This document shows, in pieces, positions 9,707-21,238 of a DNA stretch of 64,000 nt. The notes beneath the pieces were generated by a model. The model was not told where the DNA came from and ran no database searches. It saw only the letters and a list, made by a program, of their open reading frames with translations. Position 1 is the first letter of the stretch. Every line of letters begins with the position of its first letter. This DNA is from Gemmatimonadota bacterium. GTDB taxonomy: Bacteria; Gemmatimonadota; Gemmatimonadetes; Gemmatimonadales; Gemmatimonadaceae. The translations under genes were made by a program, and so were the position numbers. The DNA is taken from contig JACPPC010000008.1 of the NCBI GenBank assembly GCA_016191225.1, positions 15,037 to 79,036 of the forward strand. The letters run 5' to 3'.

Positions 9707-10533
9707 GAGCCCTCGAAGGCGGGGGTCCGTTTGGCGACGAACGCCTCGTAGGCGCGCTTGAAGTCGCCCGACTGCATGAGCCTGGCCTGCACCTCGGCCT
9801 CGTGGTCGATCGCCTCGTCGACGCCCATGGCCCATTCGACGTGGAGGGCACGCTTGGTGACGGCGTGCGCCGCCGCGGGGCCGTCGGCGAGCGCCTGCGC
9901 GGCGGCCTGCGCCTCGGCGAGCACGGTCTCGGGGCCCGCAAGGCGATTGTAGAAGCCGATCCGCTCGGCCTCGGTGCCGTCCATCGCCCGGCCCGTGAAC
10001 AGGAGCTCGCTGGCGCGGCCGTGGCCGATGATCCGGGGCAGGAGGGCGCAGGCCCCCATGTCGGCGCCACTGAGGCCGACGCGCACGAAGAGGAAGGCGA
10101 CCTTGCTGCGCGCGGTGCCGAAGCGAAGGTCCGAGGCCATGGCAAGGATCGCGCCGGCGCCGGCGCAGGTGCCGTCCACCGCGGCGACGAGCGGCTGGGG
10201 GCAGGCCCGCATCGCCTTCACGAGGTCGCCCGTCATGCGGGTGAAGTCGAGCAGCGCGCCCGCGCGGCCCGCGTCGGCGTGGGCCACGAGCGGGCCGATG
10301 ATCTCGTGCACGTCGCCGCCGGAGCAAAAATTGCCGCCGGCGCCGGTGAGGACCACGGCGCGCACCTCCGGGGCGCCGGCCAGCGCGCGAAAGGTGTCGC
10401 GCAGCTCGGCGTAGCTCTCGAAGGTGAGCGGGTTGCGGCGCCCGGGGCGGTTGAGCGTGATCGTCGCCACGCGATCGGCGAACGACCACTGGAAGTGCGT
10501 GGGGCTGAAGCTGGCGGGGCGGAAGGCGCTCAT
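9703..10533 (-). CDS. enoyl-CoA hydratase/isomerase (crotonase) family protein
   Basis: ATG at 10533 overlaps the upstream stop (ATGA). [12 protein letters not shown] and the oxyanion-hole region [11 protein letters not shown] are present. Confidence 0.9.
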   Translation of the reverse strand: MSAFRPASFSPTHFQWSFADRVATITLNRPGRRNPLTFESYAELRDTFRALAGAPEVRAVVLTGAGGNFCSGGDVHEIIGPLVAHADAGRAGALLDFTRMTGDLVKAMRACPQPLVAAVDGTCAGAGAILAMASDLRFGTARSKVAFLFVRVGLSGADMGACALLPRIIGHGRASELLFTGRAMDGTEAERIGFYNRLAGPETVLAEAQAAAQALADGPAAAHAVTKRALHVEWAMGVDEAIDHEAEVQARLMQSGDFKRAYEAFVAKRTPAFEGS

Positions 10534-12920
10534 GATGTGCTCGTCCCGGTCGAGTCGAGTTCACGCTGCCGCTGGATCGCGCGTTCGAGCTGCGTCCTGC
10601 CCTGAAGATACTGTACCGGCCAGTGCTGCGGCGTGTACCCCAGCGCCGCGGCCGCGTGGAGCGTCCAGTTGGGATCGGCGAGGTGGGGGCGGGCGAGGGC
10701 GCAAAGGTCGGCGCGGCCCGCCGCGATGATCCCGTTCACCTGGTCGGCCTCGGTGATGTTGCCGACCGCGATCGTGGGGACGCCGGCCTCGTTGCGGATG
10801 CGGTCGCTGAGCGGCGTCTGGTACATGCGGCCGTACACCGGGCGCGCGTCGGGCGACGTCTGCCCCGTGGAGACGTGGATGATGTCGGCCCCCGCGGCGT
10901 GGAAGGACCGTGCGATCTCCACCGACTCGGCGCCGTCCACGCCCCCCTCCACCCAGTCGGTCGCCGAGATGCGCACCGACATCGGGCGACCGGCCGGCCA
11001 CGCCCCGCGCATGGTGCGAAAGACCTCGAGCGGGAAGCGCAGGCGATTGTCGCGCGGGCCACCGTAGTCGTCCGTGCGGCGGTTGGTGAGCGGCGTGATG
11101 AAGCTCGACAGGAGGTACCCGTGCGCGCAGTGCAGCTCGAGCATGTCGAAGCCCGCGGCGGCGCCCATGCGCGTCGCCCGCTCGAAGTCGTCGCGCACCC
11201 GCTCCATGTCGGCGCGGGTCATCGCCCGGGGCACCTGCATGTGCGGGCGGAAGGGGCGGGCCGTCGGCCCGATCACGGGCCAGGCGCCGGACTCCAGCGG
11301 AATGTCGTCTCCCTCCCAGAGGAACCGGGTGGCACCGCGCGGTCCCGCGTGGCCGAGCTGGAGGGCGAACCGGGCGGCGCTCCACCGGTGCACCATCTCG
11401 ACGATGCGCGTCCAGGCGGCGGCGTGGGCGTCGTTGTACATCCCCGTGCACCCGGGCGAGATGCGGGCGTCGGGCGAGACGCAGGTCATCTCGGTCATCA
11501 CGAGGCCGGCCCCCCCGAGGGCGCGGGCGCCGAGGTGCACGAGGTGGAAGTCGTTGGGGAGGCCGTCGGTGGCGCTGTACATGTCCATCGGCGCGACGAC
11601 CACGCGGTTGGCGAGGGTCAGGTCGCGCAGGCGGAAGGGGGTGAACATCGGGGGCACCGGGCCGGGGGCGGCCGGAGGCGCGTCGGCGCGGGCCACGCCC
11701 CGCAGCGGCGTACCCGCCGCCCGGGCCGCACCCGCCTCGCGGTCGGCCCGCGACGCGAACCATCGCTCCATGCCATGGACGTATGTCCCGTCGCGCAGCC
11801 GCAGGTTCTCGTGGCTCACCCGCTGGCTGCGCGTGAGCAGGCTGTAGGCGAACTGCTCGGGCTCGAGTCCGATGTAGCGCGGCACGTGCTCGAACCACTC
11901 CATCGAGTTGCGGGCCGCGTTCTGCAGGCGCACCGCCTCGAGGCGGCGCTCGGCTTCGTAGGCCGAGAGGGCGGCGGCGAGGGTGGCATGCCGGCCGGCG
12001 GGGGCATTGAGCACGCGCGACAGCGCGATCGCGTCCTCCATGGCCAGCTTGGTGCCGCTCCCGATCGAGAAGTGAGCCGTATGGGCGGCGTCGCCGATGA
12101 GGACGATGTTGCCGTGGTGCCAGGCGCCGCAGGTCACCCGCGTGAAGCGCAGCCAGGGGGCCGCGCGCTGCGACGGCGGCGTGTTGGCCCGCAGCGGGTG
12201 GCCGTCGAGCCACGGGGCGAACAGCCGCTCGCAGGCGGCCACGCTGGCATCCACGTCCAGCGCATCGAGCCCGGCGGCGCGCCACGACCGCTCGTCGCAC
12301 TCGACGATGAACGCCGACTGCCGGCCGTCGAACCGGTACGCGTGGGCCTGGAAGACCCCGTGCGCGTTCTCGACGAAGGCAAAGGTGAAGGCGTCGAACC
12401 GGCGGGTGGTGCCGAGCCAGATGTAGCGTGCGGTGCGCACGTCGAGGTCGGGCCGGAAGGCCGCCGCGTGCCATTCGCGCACGCCGCTCCGCACGCCGTC
12501 GGCGCCGACAACCAGGTCGGCGTCGCCGAGGCCGAGTGCCGGGAGGTCGCGCTCGTCGCGGGCCTCCTGGTGAAAGCGGAGGTCGACGCCGAGCGCGCGG
12601 GCGCGCTGCTGGAGGAGCTGCAGCAGCGTGACGCGGGCGAGCCCGGCGAAGCCGTGCCCGCCCGAGGTGATCGTGCGGCCCCTCACGTGGACGTCGATGT
12701 CGTCCCAGCGCGCGAAGTGCCGGGTGATCGCGTCGTAGCTCTCGGCGTCGGCGACGCGGAAGTTCTCGAGGGTCTGGGCGGAGAAGACGACTCCCCAGCC
12801 GAAGGCGTCGTCGGGGCCGTTGCGCTCGAGGACGGTCACCGCGTGCGCCGGGTCGGCCTTCTTCAGCAGCAGGGCGAGGTAGAGCCCCGCCGGACCTCCA
12901 CCAATGATGGCGACCTTCAC
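10530..12920 (-). CDS. bifunctional aryl-CoA monooxygenase/reductase (anthraniloyl-CoA monooxygenase or salicylyl-CoA 5-hydroxylase type)
   Basis: The N-terminal FAD hydroxylase part has [14 protein letters not shown] and [22 protein letters not shown]. It is fused to a C-terminal old-yellow-enzyme part with [20 protein letters not shown] and [26 protein letters not shown] chose GTG at 12920, which has GAGGA 9 nt upstream; the alternative ATG is at 12950. Confidence 0.85.
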   Translation of the reverse strand: MKVAIIGGGPAGLYLALLLKKADPAHAVTVLERNGPDDAFGWGVVFSAQTLENFRVADAESYDAITRHFARWDDIDVHVRGRTITSGGHGFAGLARVTLLQLLQQRARALGVDLRFHQEARDERDLPALGLGDADLVVGADGVRSGVREWHAAAFRPDLDVRTARYIWLGTTRRFDAFTFAFVENAHGVFQAHAYRFDGRQSAFIVECDERSWRAAGLDALDVDASVAACERLFAPWLDGHPLRANTPPSQRAAPWLRFTRVTCGAWHHGNIVLIGDAAHTAHFSIGSGTKLAMEDAIALSRVLNAPAGRHATLAAALSAYEAERRLEAVRLQNAARNSMEWFEHVPRYIGLEPEQFAYSLLTRSQRVSHENLRLRDGTYVHGMERWFASRADREAGAARAAGTPLRGVARADAPPAAPGPVPPMFTPFRLRDLTLANRVVVAPMDMYSATDGLPNDFHLVHLGARALGGAGLVMTEMTCVSPDARISPGCTGMYNDAHAAAWTRIVEMVHRWSAARFALQLGHAGPRGATRFLWEGDDIPLESGAWPVIGPTARPFRPHMQVPRAMTRADMERVRDDFERATRMGAAAGFDMLELHCAHGYLLSSFITPLTNRRTDDYGGPRDNRLRFPLEVFRTMRGAWPAGRPMSVRISATDWVEGGVDGAESVEIARSFHAAGADIIHVSTGQTSPDARPVYGRMYQTPLSDRIRNEAGVPTIAVGNITEADQVNGIIAAGRADLCALARPHLADPNWTLHAAAALGYTPQHWPVQYLQGRTQLERAIQRQRELDSTGTSTS

Positions 12921-13061
12921 CCGTAGGGTTCCTCGGCGTGGCTGGTGCATCGCCGGGTGGCGATCCACGGGCAATTCTAGGCCCGGCGCGAGGGGCGGCA
13001 AGGGCGCGGGCGGAACCCTGCCCACGGGACGGCACGGGGCGCGCGGCGCTATCTTCAGGGC

Positions 13062-13607
13062 ATGAGCCTGCCCGCATTTCGCGCCACCACCATCCTCGCC
13101 GTCCGCCGCGACGGCAAGGTCGCCCTCGGCGGCGACGGCCAGGTCACGGTGGGCGACACGATCATGAAGGCCAACGCGCAGAAGGTGCGCCTGCTCGGCA
13201 ACGGCCGGGTGCTGGCGGGCTTCGCCGGTGCCGCCGCCGACGCCTTCACCCTGTTCGAGAAGTTCGAGGAAAAGCTCGAGCGCTACCCGGGCAACCTGTC
13301 GCGGGCCTCGGTGGAGCTGGCCAAGGAGTGGCGCTCCGACCGTGTGCTGCGCCGGCTCGACGCGCTGCTGGCGGTCTGCGACCGCGAGAACGGCTTCGTG
13401 CTCTCCGGCAACGGCGAGATCATCGAGCCCGACGACGGCATCCTCGCGATCGGGTCGGGGGGCTCGTACGCCCTCGCGGCGGCGCGGGCCCTCGCGGCGC
13501 ACACGCCGCTGGCCCCTGTCGACATCGTGCGAAAGGCGCTCGCGATCGCCGGCGAGATCTGCATCTACACGAATGCGAACATCACGGTGATCGAGCCGGC
13601 CTCGTGA
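13062..13607 (+). CDS. hslV: ATP-dependent protease subunit HslV
   Basis: [22 protein letters not shown] is a typical HslV N-terminus with the catalytic Thr. 181 aa. Confidence 0.95.
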   Translation: MSLPAFRATTILAVRRDGKVALGGDGQVTVGDTIMKANAQKVRLLGNGRVLAGFAGAAADAFTLFEKFEEKLERYPGNLSRASVELAKEWRSDRVLRRLDALLAVCDRENGFVLSGNGEIIEPDDGILAIGSGGSYALAAARALAAHTPLAPVDIVRKALAIAGEICIYTNANITVIEPAS

Positions 13608-15070
13608 CGAGCACGCGCACCGAGCAGGTCGTCGCCCGGCTCGCCGACCTCACCCCGCGGCAGATCGTCGCCGAGCTCGACCGTTACGTGGTGGGGCAGG
13701 CGGGGGCCAAGAAGGCGATCGCGATCGCGCTCCGCAATCGCTGGCGGCGGCAGCGCGCCCCCGAGCCGATGCGCCGCGAGATCGCACCCAACAACATCAT
13801 CCTCATCGGCCCCACCGGAGTGGGAAAGACCGAGATCGCGCGCCGCCTCGCCAAGCTGGCCGGGGCGCCGTTCGTGAAGGTCGAGGCGAGCAAGTTCACC
13901 GAGGTCGGCTATGTGGGCCGCGACGTCGAGGGGATGATCCGCGACCTCGTCGAAAGCGCGATCGACATGGTGCGGGCCGAGCGCGAGGACGAGGTCGAGG
14001 ACCTCGCGCAGGAGAAGGTCGAGGAGCGGCTGCTCGACCTGCTCCTGCCGCCCCCGGCCGCCCCGGCCGCGAAGCCGGCCGCCGCGCCGGCCGCGGAAGC
14101 CCCGTTGGCCGCGAACGTGTTCGTCGTCTCGAGCGGGGGCGCCGTGGCGCAGGAGGCGGCCGACAACGCCGACCTGGCGCGGCACCAGCGCACCCGCGAC
14201 AAGCTCCGCCAGCTGCTGCGCGACGGGCAGCTCGAGGAGCGCGAGATCGAGGTCGACGTGGTCCAGCCGGGGCCGCAGCTCGACATGATGTCCGGCGGGC
14301 AGGGGATGCCCGAGGGGTCGGAGCAGATCTCGAACTTCCTGTCAGAACTCCTCCCCAAGCGGCACAAGAGGCGGTCGATGAAGGTCGCCGCCGCCCGGCG
14401 CGTGCTCCTCGACCAGGAGCTCGACAAGCTCGTCAACACCGACGACGTCACCGCCGACGCCCTCGAGCGCGTGGAGCAGCTGGGGATCGTCTTCCTCGAC
14501 GAGATCGACAAGATCGCCGGCGCCAAGGGGGAGGGATTCGGCGGCCCCGACGTGTCGCGCGAGGGGGTGCAGCGCGACCTCCTGCCGATCGTCGAGGGCT
14601 CGAACGTCAGCACCAAGTACGGGATGGTGAAGACCGACCACATCCTGTTCGTGGCGGCCGGCGCCTTTCACGTCAGCAAGCCGAGCGACCTGATCCCCGA
14701 GCTCCAGGGGCGCTTCCCGATCCGGGTCGAGCTGCAGCCGCTCACCGAGGCCGACTTCGTCCGGATCCTCACCGAGCCGCAGAACGCGCTGGTCAAGCAG
14801 TACGCGGCGCTGGTCGAGGCCGAGGGGGCGACGCTGGCCATCGCCGACGACGGGATCAAGGAGCTGGCCCGCATCGCGACCCTGCTCAACCAGCGCATGG
14901 AGAACATCGGCGCGCGACGGCTGCACACCGTGATGACGAGCCTGCTGGAGGAGGAGCTGTTCGAGCTCCCCGACCGCGGCAGGCATCCGGTGACGGTGGA
15001 CGCGAAGATGGTGCGCGACCGGCTCAAGGCGGTGGTCGAGGACGAGGACCTGAGGAAGTACATCCTCTAG
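13604..15070 (+). CDS. hslU: ATP-dependent protease ATPase subunit HslU
   Basis: GTG at 13604 overlaps the hslV stop (GTGA). [17 protein letters not shown], Walker [16 protein letters not shown] and FLDEIDKI are present. Confidence 0.95.
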   Translation: MTSTRTEQVVARLADLTPRQIVAELDRYVVGQAGAKKAIAIALRNRWRRQRAPEPMRREIAPNNIILIGPTGVGKTEIARRLAKLAGAPFVKVEASKFTEVGYVGRDVEGMIRDLVESAIDMVRAEREDEVEDLAQEKVEERLLDLLLPPPAAPAAKPAAAPAAEAPLAANVFVVSSGGAVAQEAADNADLARHQRTRDKLRQLLRDGQLEEREIEVDVVQPGPQLDMMSGGQGMPEGSEQISNFLSELLPKRHKRRSMKVAAARRVLLDQELDKLVNTDDVTADALERVEQLGIVFLDEIDKIAGAKGEGFGGPDVSREGVQRDLLPIVEGSNVSTKYGMVKTDHILFVAAGAFHVSKPSDLIPELQGRFPIRVELQPLTEADFVRILTEPQNALVKQYAALVEAEGATLAIADDGIKELARIATLLNQRMENIGARRLHTVMTSLLEEELFELPDRGRHPVTVDAKMVRDRLKAVVEDEDLRKYIL

Positions 15071-15100
15071 CGCGGCGCGCGGGCGTGACCGTCGGCGGCG

Positions 15101-15148
15101 CGATGGCGCGATGGCGCTATGGCGCTATGGCGCTATGGCGCGATCGCC
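15101..15148. repeat. tandem 8-nt repeat c(g/t)atggcg, five good copies plus one degenerate copy
   Basis: cgatggcg cgatggcg ctatggcg ctatggcg ctatggcg cgatcgcc. It lies between convergent hslU and the GT-C gene and supplies the TAG stop of the latter at 15133..15135. Confidence 0.85.
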
Positions 15149-16887
15149 GGCGCCGGCGGGAGCTTCTCCATCGCCTCGTAGCCCGCGTCGTACCGGTAGG
15201 CGACGCGGTCGGGCGCCATCCGCCGCAGCAGGTCGTTCTCCAGCCCGCGGTCGTACACGAGCCACGCCCGCGCGCGCTCGTAGTCCGGCGGGTTGCCGAC
15301 CAGCGAGCGGTGCCCGCTGAATGACGCCGGGTACTTCACGAACACGATCACCTTCGGGTCGGGGAGTTGCGCCACCGCGTCGAGGAAGGCGCGCTGCGGG
15401 CGCTTGAGCTGGTCGAGTCCCTCGCGGGCGGCGGCGGCATCGAGCACCTGCGCCGGCAGCGCCGCGAGGGCGGCCAGCAGCAGCGCCGTCGTGGCCAGCG
15501 CCGGCGCCGCGCCGGCATCGCGCCGGGCGTGGATGCGCCGCGCCAGCGACACGAACCCGATGGCCGTCGCGAATGCCAGCACGGGCACCGCCTCGTGGTA
15601 GAACACCGTCCACACGGGGCTGTGGGCGTGCATCAGGTGCAGCACGAAGAGCAGCGCGGCCGAGGCGGCGGGGACGCGGGCCGCCGGCGCGAGGGCGCCG
15701 AGGGCCGCGAACCCGAACAGCGCCACGACCACCAGCGGCAGCCGCCACCCCTGCCAGGTGGCCTCGGCCAGCGACCAGAGCCGCCACGGGATGAGCGCCG
15801 GCAGGTTGCCCGGCGTATGCACGGCGCGCGGCACGATCAGCGACCGCCGGGCGCGGTCGAGGTCGGTGGGCAGCGGCGCCATCTTCTGCGTCGAGTCGAA
15901 TCCGAAGGTCGGGAAGTCGAAGGGCGTCACCTCGCGCGTGTACGTCACCAACGGCGAGGTGCGCCAGTCGCCCGTGGTGACCGCATTCTGGATCGGCAGC
16001 AGCGCCAGCACGGCAACCCCGGCGGCGAGCGCCGCGCCGGCCACCGGCCAGTCGCGGCGACGAGTCACGAGCGGCACCAGCACCCAGGCGCAGGGGACCG
16101 CCAGCGCCATCGCCGTCAGCGGACGCACGATCACGCAGGTCGCGGTGGCCACGCACACGAGCACGAGCCAGCCGGCGCGACCACCGCCGTGGTAGCGCGC
16201 CATTGCCCACCACGCGGAGAGCCAGAGGGGCACCGTGACCACCTGCGACATGTAGCTCGCGCGGATCGTCAGCACCGGGCCGGCCGGCATCCAGAGGAGC
16301 AGCGTGGCCAGCGCCACGACCCCTCCCCCCGCCCTCCGCGCCAGCGCGAAGACCAGCCCGCCGCCGATCGCGCCGTACACGACCGGCCCGAGCCCCGGCG
16401 CGCCGAGGGCCGCGAAGGGGGCGAGGAGCAGGGACGTGCCCAGGGGGTACTTGGCCGCCAGGTACGGTGTCACGAAGACGTGCAGCTGCGTCCAGAACTC
16501 GGGAAGGGGCGCCGACGCTCCCGCGAAGACGCCGCGGGCGAACAGCTCCGCCTGCAGCAGGTAGGCCCGCTCGTCGTGGTAGACCGGCACGGGATGCAGC
16601 GTCCACCCGGCGACCCACGCCACCACCACGCCGCTGGCAAGCGCGGCCGCCAGCGGCGCCCACCGATGCGCGAGCCACCCTTCGACCCGCGCGACCCAGC
16701 CGCCCGTTGCGCGGGGGGCGAACTGCACCGCCGTGGCGACGGCGAGCACGCAGAGGGCGTACGCGAGCAGGTCCTGCGACGATGGCAGTTCGGGCACCGG
16801 TGCCTGCTCGGACGTGGCGTGAAGGGAGTCGCGCCGTGATGCGTGGAGCCGGGCGGCGTGCGACGAGCCGCGAGGCATGCCGCACAA
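15133..16887 (-). CDS. polytopic membrane protein, GT-C-fold (ArnT/PMT-like) glycosyltransferase paralog 1
   Basis: Many hydrophobic helices. An HDE motif follows the first helix (VYHDERAYLLQAELFARG), as in GT39/GT83 enzymes. A soluble C-terminal domain is present. The start could be a few codons downstream. Confidence 0.7.
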   Translation of the reverse strand: MCGMPRGSSHAARLHASRRDSLHATSEQAPVPELPSSQDLLAYALCVLAVATAVQFAPRATGGWVARVEGWLAHRWAPLAAALASGVVVAWVAGWTLHPVPVYHDERAYLLQAELFARGVFAGASAPLPEFWTQLHVFVTPYLAAKYPLGTSLLLAPFAALGAPGLGPVVYGAIGGGLVFALARRAGGGVVALATLLLWMPAGPVLTIRASYMSQVVTVPLWLSAWWAMARYHGGGRAGWLVLVCVATATCVIVRPLTAMALAVPCAWVLVPLVTRRRDWPVAGAALAAGVAVLALLPIQNAVTTGDWRTSPLVTYTREVTPFDFPTFGFDSTQKMAPLPTDLDRARRSLIVPRAVHTPGNLPALIPWRLWSLAEATWQGWRLPLVVVALFGFAALGALAPAARVPAASAALLFVLHLMHAHSPVWTVFYHEAVPVLAFATAIGFVSLARRIHARRDAGAAPALATTALLLAALAALPAQVLDAAAAREGLDQLKRPQRAFLDAVAQLPDPKVIVFVKYPASFSGHRSLVGNPPDYERARAWLVYDRGLENDLLRRMAPDRVAYRYDAGYEAMEKLPPAPAIAP

Positions 16888-17015
16888 TGTGACGCTGGCC
16901 GCCGCCCGCGTAACCTGCCGGGAGCGGAACGCGCCAGTACATTACTCGCCGGACCCGCGCCCTGACACCGCGCCCCACGTCGCCCGCCTCCTCGCGGCCC
17001 CCCTCACGCCCCCGC

Positions 17016-18662
17016 ATGCCCCCTGAGCGCCCGCAGGTCGCCCTGATCGCCGGCGCCGGCCCCGCCGGGCTCACCGCGGCCTACGAGCTGCTCAAGCGCA
17101 CCAGCATCCATCCGGTCGTGGTCGAGGCCACGGGCGCGATCGGCGGCATCGCCCAGACGTTCGAGTACAAGGGCAACCGCATCGACATCGGCGGCCACCG
17201 CTTCTTCTCCAAGAGCGAGCGCGTGATGCGCTGGTGGATGAACGTGCTCCCGCCGCAGGGGAAGCCGGCCGCCGACACCGCCGAGGCCGGGCACGAGATC
17301 GACTACGCGACGACCGTGACGCAGGAGCCGCTGTGCGCCGCGGCCGGCGCGGGGGGCACCCGTCCCGCGCCCGATCCCGAGCGCGACGACGAGGTGATGC
17401 TCCAGCGCCCACGGCTCTCGCGGATCTTCTGGCGCGGGCACTTCTTCCCCTATCCGCTCTCGATCACCCTGTCGGTCGCCTGGCGGCTCGGCCCCCTCAA
17501 CACGGTGCTGATCGCGCTCAGCTACCTCAAGGCGCAACTCTTCCCCCGTCGCGACGAGACGTACCTCGACGCTTTCTTCATCAACCGCTTCGGCCGGCGC
17601 CTCTACGAGACCTTCTTTCGCGGTTACACGCAGAAGGTCTGGGGGGTGCCCTGCGAGCAGATCCGTGCCGACTGGGGGGCCCAGCGGGTGAAGGGGCTGT
17701 CGCTGGTGCGGGCGGTGTCGCACGCGATCAAGGACCTGCTCTCGAGCGACTTCCAGCGCCGGCAGCAGGAGCGCGAGACGAGCCTGATCACCCGCTTCTG
17801 GTACCCCAAGTTCGGCCCCGGGCAGATGTGGGAGGCCGTCGCGCGGCAGGTCACGGCCTGCGGCGGCGAGCTCCACCTGCACACGCGCGTCGTCGCCGTG
17901 CAGTGCCGCGGCGACCGCGTGGTCTCGGCCACCGTGCAGGACGCAAGCGGCGCGCGGCGCGAGATCGCCTGCGACCACCTCATTTCCACCATGCCGGTGC
18001 GCGATCTGTCGCGCATGATCCTGCCGCCGCCCCCGGTGGATGCCGCGCGCATCGCCGACGGGCTGCAATATCGCGACTTCCTCACCGTCGGGCTGCTGCT
18101 GCGCCGGCTGCACGTCGACGAGTCCGGCAAGGCCCCCGCCACGCGCGTGCCCGACAACTGGATCTACGTGCAGGATGCCTTCGTCGACGTCGGCCGCATC
18201 CAGGTGTTCAACAACTGGAGCCCGTACCTCGTGGCCGACCGCGCCAACACCGTCTGGATCGGGCTCGAGTACTTCGTGGGCGAGGGGGACCGCCTCTGGG
18301 GGATGGCCGACGCCGACCTCGTGGCGCATGGCACGCGCGAGCTCGAGGCGATCGGCTTTGCCCGCGCCTCCGACGTGCTCGACGGCTGCGTGCTGCGCAT
18401 GCCCAAGGCGTACCCGGCGTACTTCGGCACCTACCCTGAGCTCCCGGTGGTGCAGCGCTGGGTGAACGGGATCCCGAACCTCTTCCTCGTCGGCCGCAAC
18501 GGGATGCACCGCTACAACAACCAGGACCACAGCATGCTCACGGCGATGCTCGCCGTGGACAACATCGTGGCCGGCCGCGACGACGACACCAACCTCTGGG
18601 ACGTGAACCTCGAGGAGGAGTACCACGAGGAACACGCGCCGAAGGCGGCCGACGCGCCGTGA
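17016..18662 (+). CDS. NAD(P)/FAD-dependent oxidoreductase (amine oxidase / UDP-galactopyranose mutase-like fold)
   Basis: The dinucleotide fold [28 protein letters not shown] sits at the N-terminus. 548 aa. Confidence 0.8.
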   Translation: MPPERPQVALIAGAGPAGLTAAYELLKRTSIHPVVVEATGAIGGIAQTFEYKGNRIDIGGHRFFSKSERVMRWWMNVLPPQGKPAADTAEAGHEIDYATTVTQEPLCAAAGAGGTRPAPDPERDDEVMLQRPRLSRIFWRGHFFPYPLSITLSVAWRLGPLNTVLIALSYLKAQLFPRRDETYLDAFFINRFGRRLYETFFRGYTQKVWGVPCEQIRADWGAQRVKGLSLVRAVSHAIKDLLSSDFQRRQQERETSLITRFWYPKFGPGQMWEAVARQVTACGGELHLHTRVVAVQCRGDRVVSATVQDASGARREIACDHLISTMPVRDLSRMILPPPPVDAARIADGLQYRDFLTVGLLLRRLHVDESGKAPATRVPDNWIYVQDAFVDVGRIQVFNNWSPYLVADRANTVWIGLEYFVGEGDRLWGMADADLVAHGTRELEAIGFARASDVLDGCVLRMPKAYPAYFGTYPELPVVQRWVNGIPNLFLVGRNGMHRYNNQDHSMLTAMLAVDNIVAGRDDDTNLWDVNLEEEYHEEHAPKAADAP

Positions 18663-20413
18663 GCGAGGCGCGCACGACCGGCGCGAGCGGGGGCCACGCA
18701 AGCCATGGCGCTCCCGGGGCTGGCGGCGCGAATGCGGGCGGCACGTGGGGATCACCTCCCTCGGTGGCGCGGGCAGCCATCGCCGTCATCGTCGTGGCCG
18801 CCTACGGCGCCTGGGCGGCGTGGAACGTCACCGACGACGGGCTGACGGGACCGCTGCGGTCGTCGCTCAACGCCTACTTCGAGCTGTTCGCGACCAACGA
18901 GCCGGTCGTGATGGCCCTCATGGCCGCCTTCGCCCTCGCCACGCTGGCGGTGGCCCGTCGATCGGTGGGCGCGTCGCCGGGCGACGCGTCGCTCGACGCC
19001 CCATCGCCGTGGCCCGCGCTCACCCCGCGGCGCACCCTCGCCGTCGCCCTGCTCGTCACGCTCTCGGCCTGGCTCGCCCAGCGCTGGGCCCTGCACGGCT
19101 TCGCCCTCTCGATGGACGAGTTCAACACCGGCTTCGAGGCCGCGATCCTCGCCACCGGGCGGATCTTCGCCCCCGTGCGCGAGGAGTGGATCGGCTTCGT
19201 GCCCGCGATCAAGCCGGTGTTCGTCGTCTGGCGCGGCGAGGACCATACCTGGTACTCCGGCTACGTCCCGGTCTACGCGGCCGTGCGCGCCGTCCTGCGC
19301 CTCGTGCACGCCGAGGCCTGGCTCAACCCGCTTTGCGCGGGTGCCAGCGTGGCGCTGGTCGCGGCCGTGGCGCGCCGCCTTCGGCCAGGCGAGGCCCACG
19401 CGCCGCTCGTGGCCGTGGCCGCCCTCGTGACGTCGGCGCAGTTCGTGGTCACCTCCGCCACGCAGTACACCATGCCGGCGCACCTCGCGGCCAACCTGCT
19501 CTGGCTCTGGCTCGCGATGCGCGACGACCGGCGCAGCTGGCTGGCCGCGGCCCTGCTGGGCGGGCTCGCCCTCGGCCTCCACAACCCGTTCCCGCACGCG
19601 CTCTTCGCCGCGCCGTTCTTCTGGCGGTGGTTCCGGCGGCGCGAATTCGCCCGGCTGGCGCTCACCCTCGCCGTGTACGTGGCCTTCGCCGCGCTGTGGC
19701 TGGCCTGGTTGCGCATGGAACGCGGCGGCGCCCCGGGGGGCGGCGGCATGCTGTCGCTGTTCACGATCCCGCGCATCGAGCACTGGCGGCTCAACGGCAT
19801 GAACCTGGTGCTCACCCTGAGCTGGCAGGCGCCGGTCGTCGCCCTGCTGCTGCCGCTGGCCCTGCTCGGCGAGCGCCGGCTCAACGACACCGAGAGAGAC
19901 CTGGCGCGCGGCGTCGTGCTCACCTTCCTGTTCTACGTGCTGTACGGGGCCACGCAGGGGCATGGCTGGGGCTATCGCTACATGTACGGCGTGCTCGGCA
20001 GCCTCGCGCTGCTGGCCGCGGCCGCGACACCGATGCTCGCCGGGGCCGTGGGTGGCGTTCGCGCACGACGACTGCTGGCCGCCGGCGCGGCCCTGTCGCT
20101 CTTCGTGCTCGTCCCGATGCGGCTCTGGCAGGCGGAGCGCTTCGTGCGTCCCTTTGCCGCCGCGTCGGAGCACCTCGCGCGGACCGACGCCGACGTGCTG
20201 GCGGTGGAGACCGGGGAGGTGTGGTACGGGCGCGACCTCGTGCGCAACGACCCCGCGCTGTCGCGCCCCGTGATCGTGAACGCAAGCATGCTGAGCGGCA
20301 TGGGCTGGAGCGCGCTCCACGAGCGCTACGGCGACCGGCTGCGGCTGGTGCGCGCCGACGAGCTCGTGGCGCTTGGCATGCGACGCGTGCCACCGCGCGC
20401 GCGCGCGCCCTGA
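18659..20413 (+). CDS. polytopic membrane protein, GT-C-like paralog 2
   Basis: GTG at 18659 overlaps the oxidoreductase stop (GTGA). At least 10 hydrophobic segments. The loop-1 motif [21 protein letters not shown] is alignable with paralogs 1 and 3. Confidence 0.65.
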   Translation: MSEARTTGASGGHASHGAPGAGGANAGGTWGSPPSVARAAIAVIVVAAYGAWAAWNVTDDGLTGPLRSSLNAYFELFATNEPVVMALMAAFALATLAVARRSVGASPGDASLDAPSPWPALTPRRTLAVALLVTLSAWLAQRWALHGFALSMDEFNTGFEAAILATGRIFAPVREEWIGFVPAIKPVFVVWRGEDHTWYSGYVPVYAAVRAVLRLVHAEAWLNPLCAGASVALVAAVARRLRPGEAHAPLVAVAALVTSAQFVVTSATQYTMPAHLAANLLWLWLAMRDDRRSWLAAALLGGLALGLHNPFPHALFAAPFFWRWFRRREFARLALTLAVYVAFAALWLAWLRMERGGAPGGGGMLSLFTIPRIEHWRLNGMNLVLTLSWQAPVVALLLPLALLGERRLNDTERDLARGVVLTFLFYVLYGATQGHGWGYRYMYGVLGSLALLAAAATPMLAGAVGGVRARRLLAAGAALSLFVLVPMRLWQAERFVRPFAAASEHLARTDADVLAVETGEVWYGRDLVRNDPALSRPVIVNASMLSGMGWSALHERYGDRLRLVRADELVALGMRRVPPRARAP

Positions 20414-20500
20414 CGACGCGCAGCGGGGCGAACGCGCGCAATGACAACTGCGCGGCCCGGTGCTCTCGCCCTGACTGCCGCGAGCGGCCCGGCGAACCGC

Positions 20501-21238
20501 CTACGCGGCCGGCTTCTCCGCCAGGCAGGCCATGTTGAGCGAGAAGAGCACGTTGGGCACCAGCCGGTCGGCGGCGCGCGCGAGCAGGTTCACCGCGCCA
20601 TACAACGGCGCTCCCGCCCGGCCCAGCACGCCGTAGCCGAGGAAGTTCACGACCTGCCCGCAAGCGACGAGGCTTCCGCCCTGCGCCCGGACCTGCCGCA
20701 CGCGAAAGCCCGCGTCCTCGCAGAGGGCGATGATCCCCTCCTGTGTCACCCGCCAGTAGTCGCCCGGGTGCGGGTGATAGAACCAGACGTGCGGGATCGT
20801 GACCAGCAGCTGGCCCCCCGGGCGCAGGATGCGCGCGAACTCGCGCATGGCGATCCACGGCGCACGCACGTGCTCGAGCACCTGCGTGCACAGCACCAGG
20901 TCGCAGCTCGCCTCGGGACGCCCCGTCGCTTCGGCGGTGCCGGCGTAGTCGGCGCCGTGCTCCGTGGTCAGGTCGACGGTGCGCACCGTGTAGCCGCGCG
21001 ACTGCAGCAGGGACATGTACGGGCTGCGCAGGCTTCCCACATCGAGGGCTTCGCCGCCGCCGGCCGGCGCGCGCACCTCGCGCAGCAGCGCCTCGACGTC
21101 ATGGCGCAAGGCACGCAGCACGAGGTAGTCGTATTGCCACGGCGACGGGTCGATGCGGTCGGCCACCCCGTGGGCCGACTCGCGTCCCGCGTGCGCGGCG
21201 ACGAAGCGGCGGCGGACGTCGGTGTGGTCAATCAGCAT
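20501..21238 (-). CDS. class I SAM-dependent methyltransferase
   Basis: Motif I-like ALDVGS, then DLVLCTQVLEHV and RILRPGGQLLV (Methyltransf_11-like). The start overlaps the upstream gene end by 11 nt. Confidence 0.8.
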   Translation of the reverse strand: MLIDHTDVRRRFVAAHAGRESAHGVADRIDPSPWQYDYLVLRALRHDVEALLREVRAPAGGGEALDVGSLRSPYMSLLQSRGYTVRTVDLTTEHGADYAGTAEATGRPEASCDLVLCTQVLEHVRAPWIAMREFARILRPGGQLLVTIPHVWFYHPHPGDYWRVTQEGIIALCEDAGFRVRQVRAQGGSLVACGQVVNFLGYGVLGRAGAPLYGAVNLLARAADRLVPNVLFSLNMACLAEKPAA

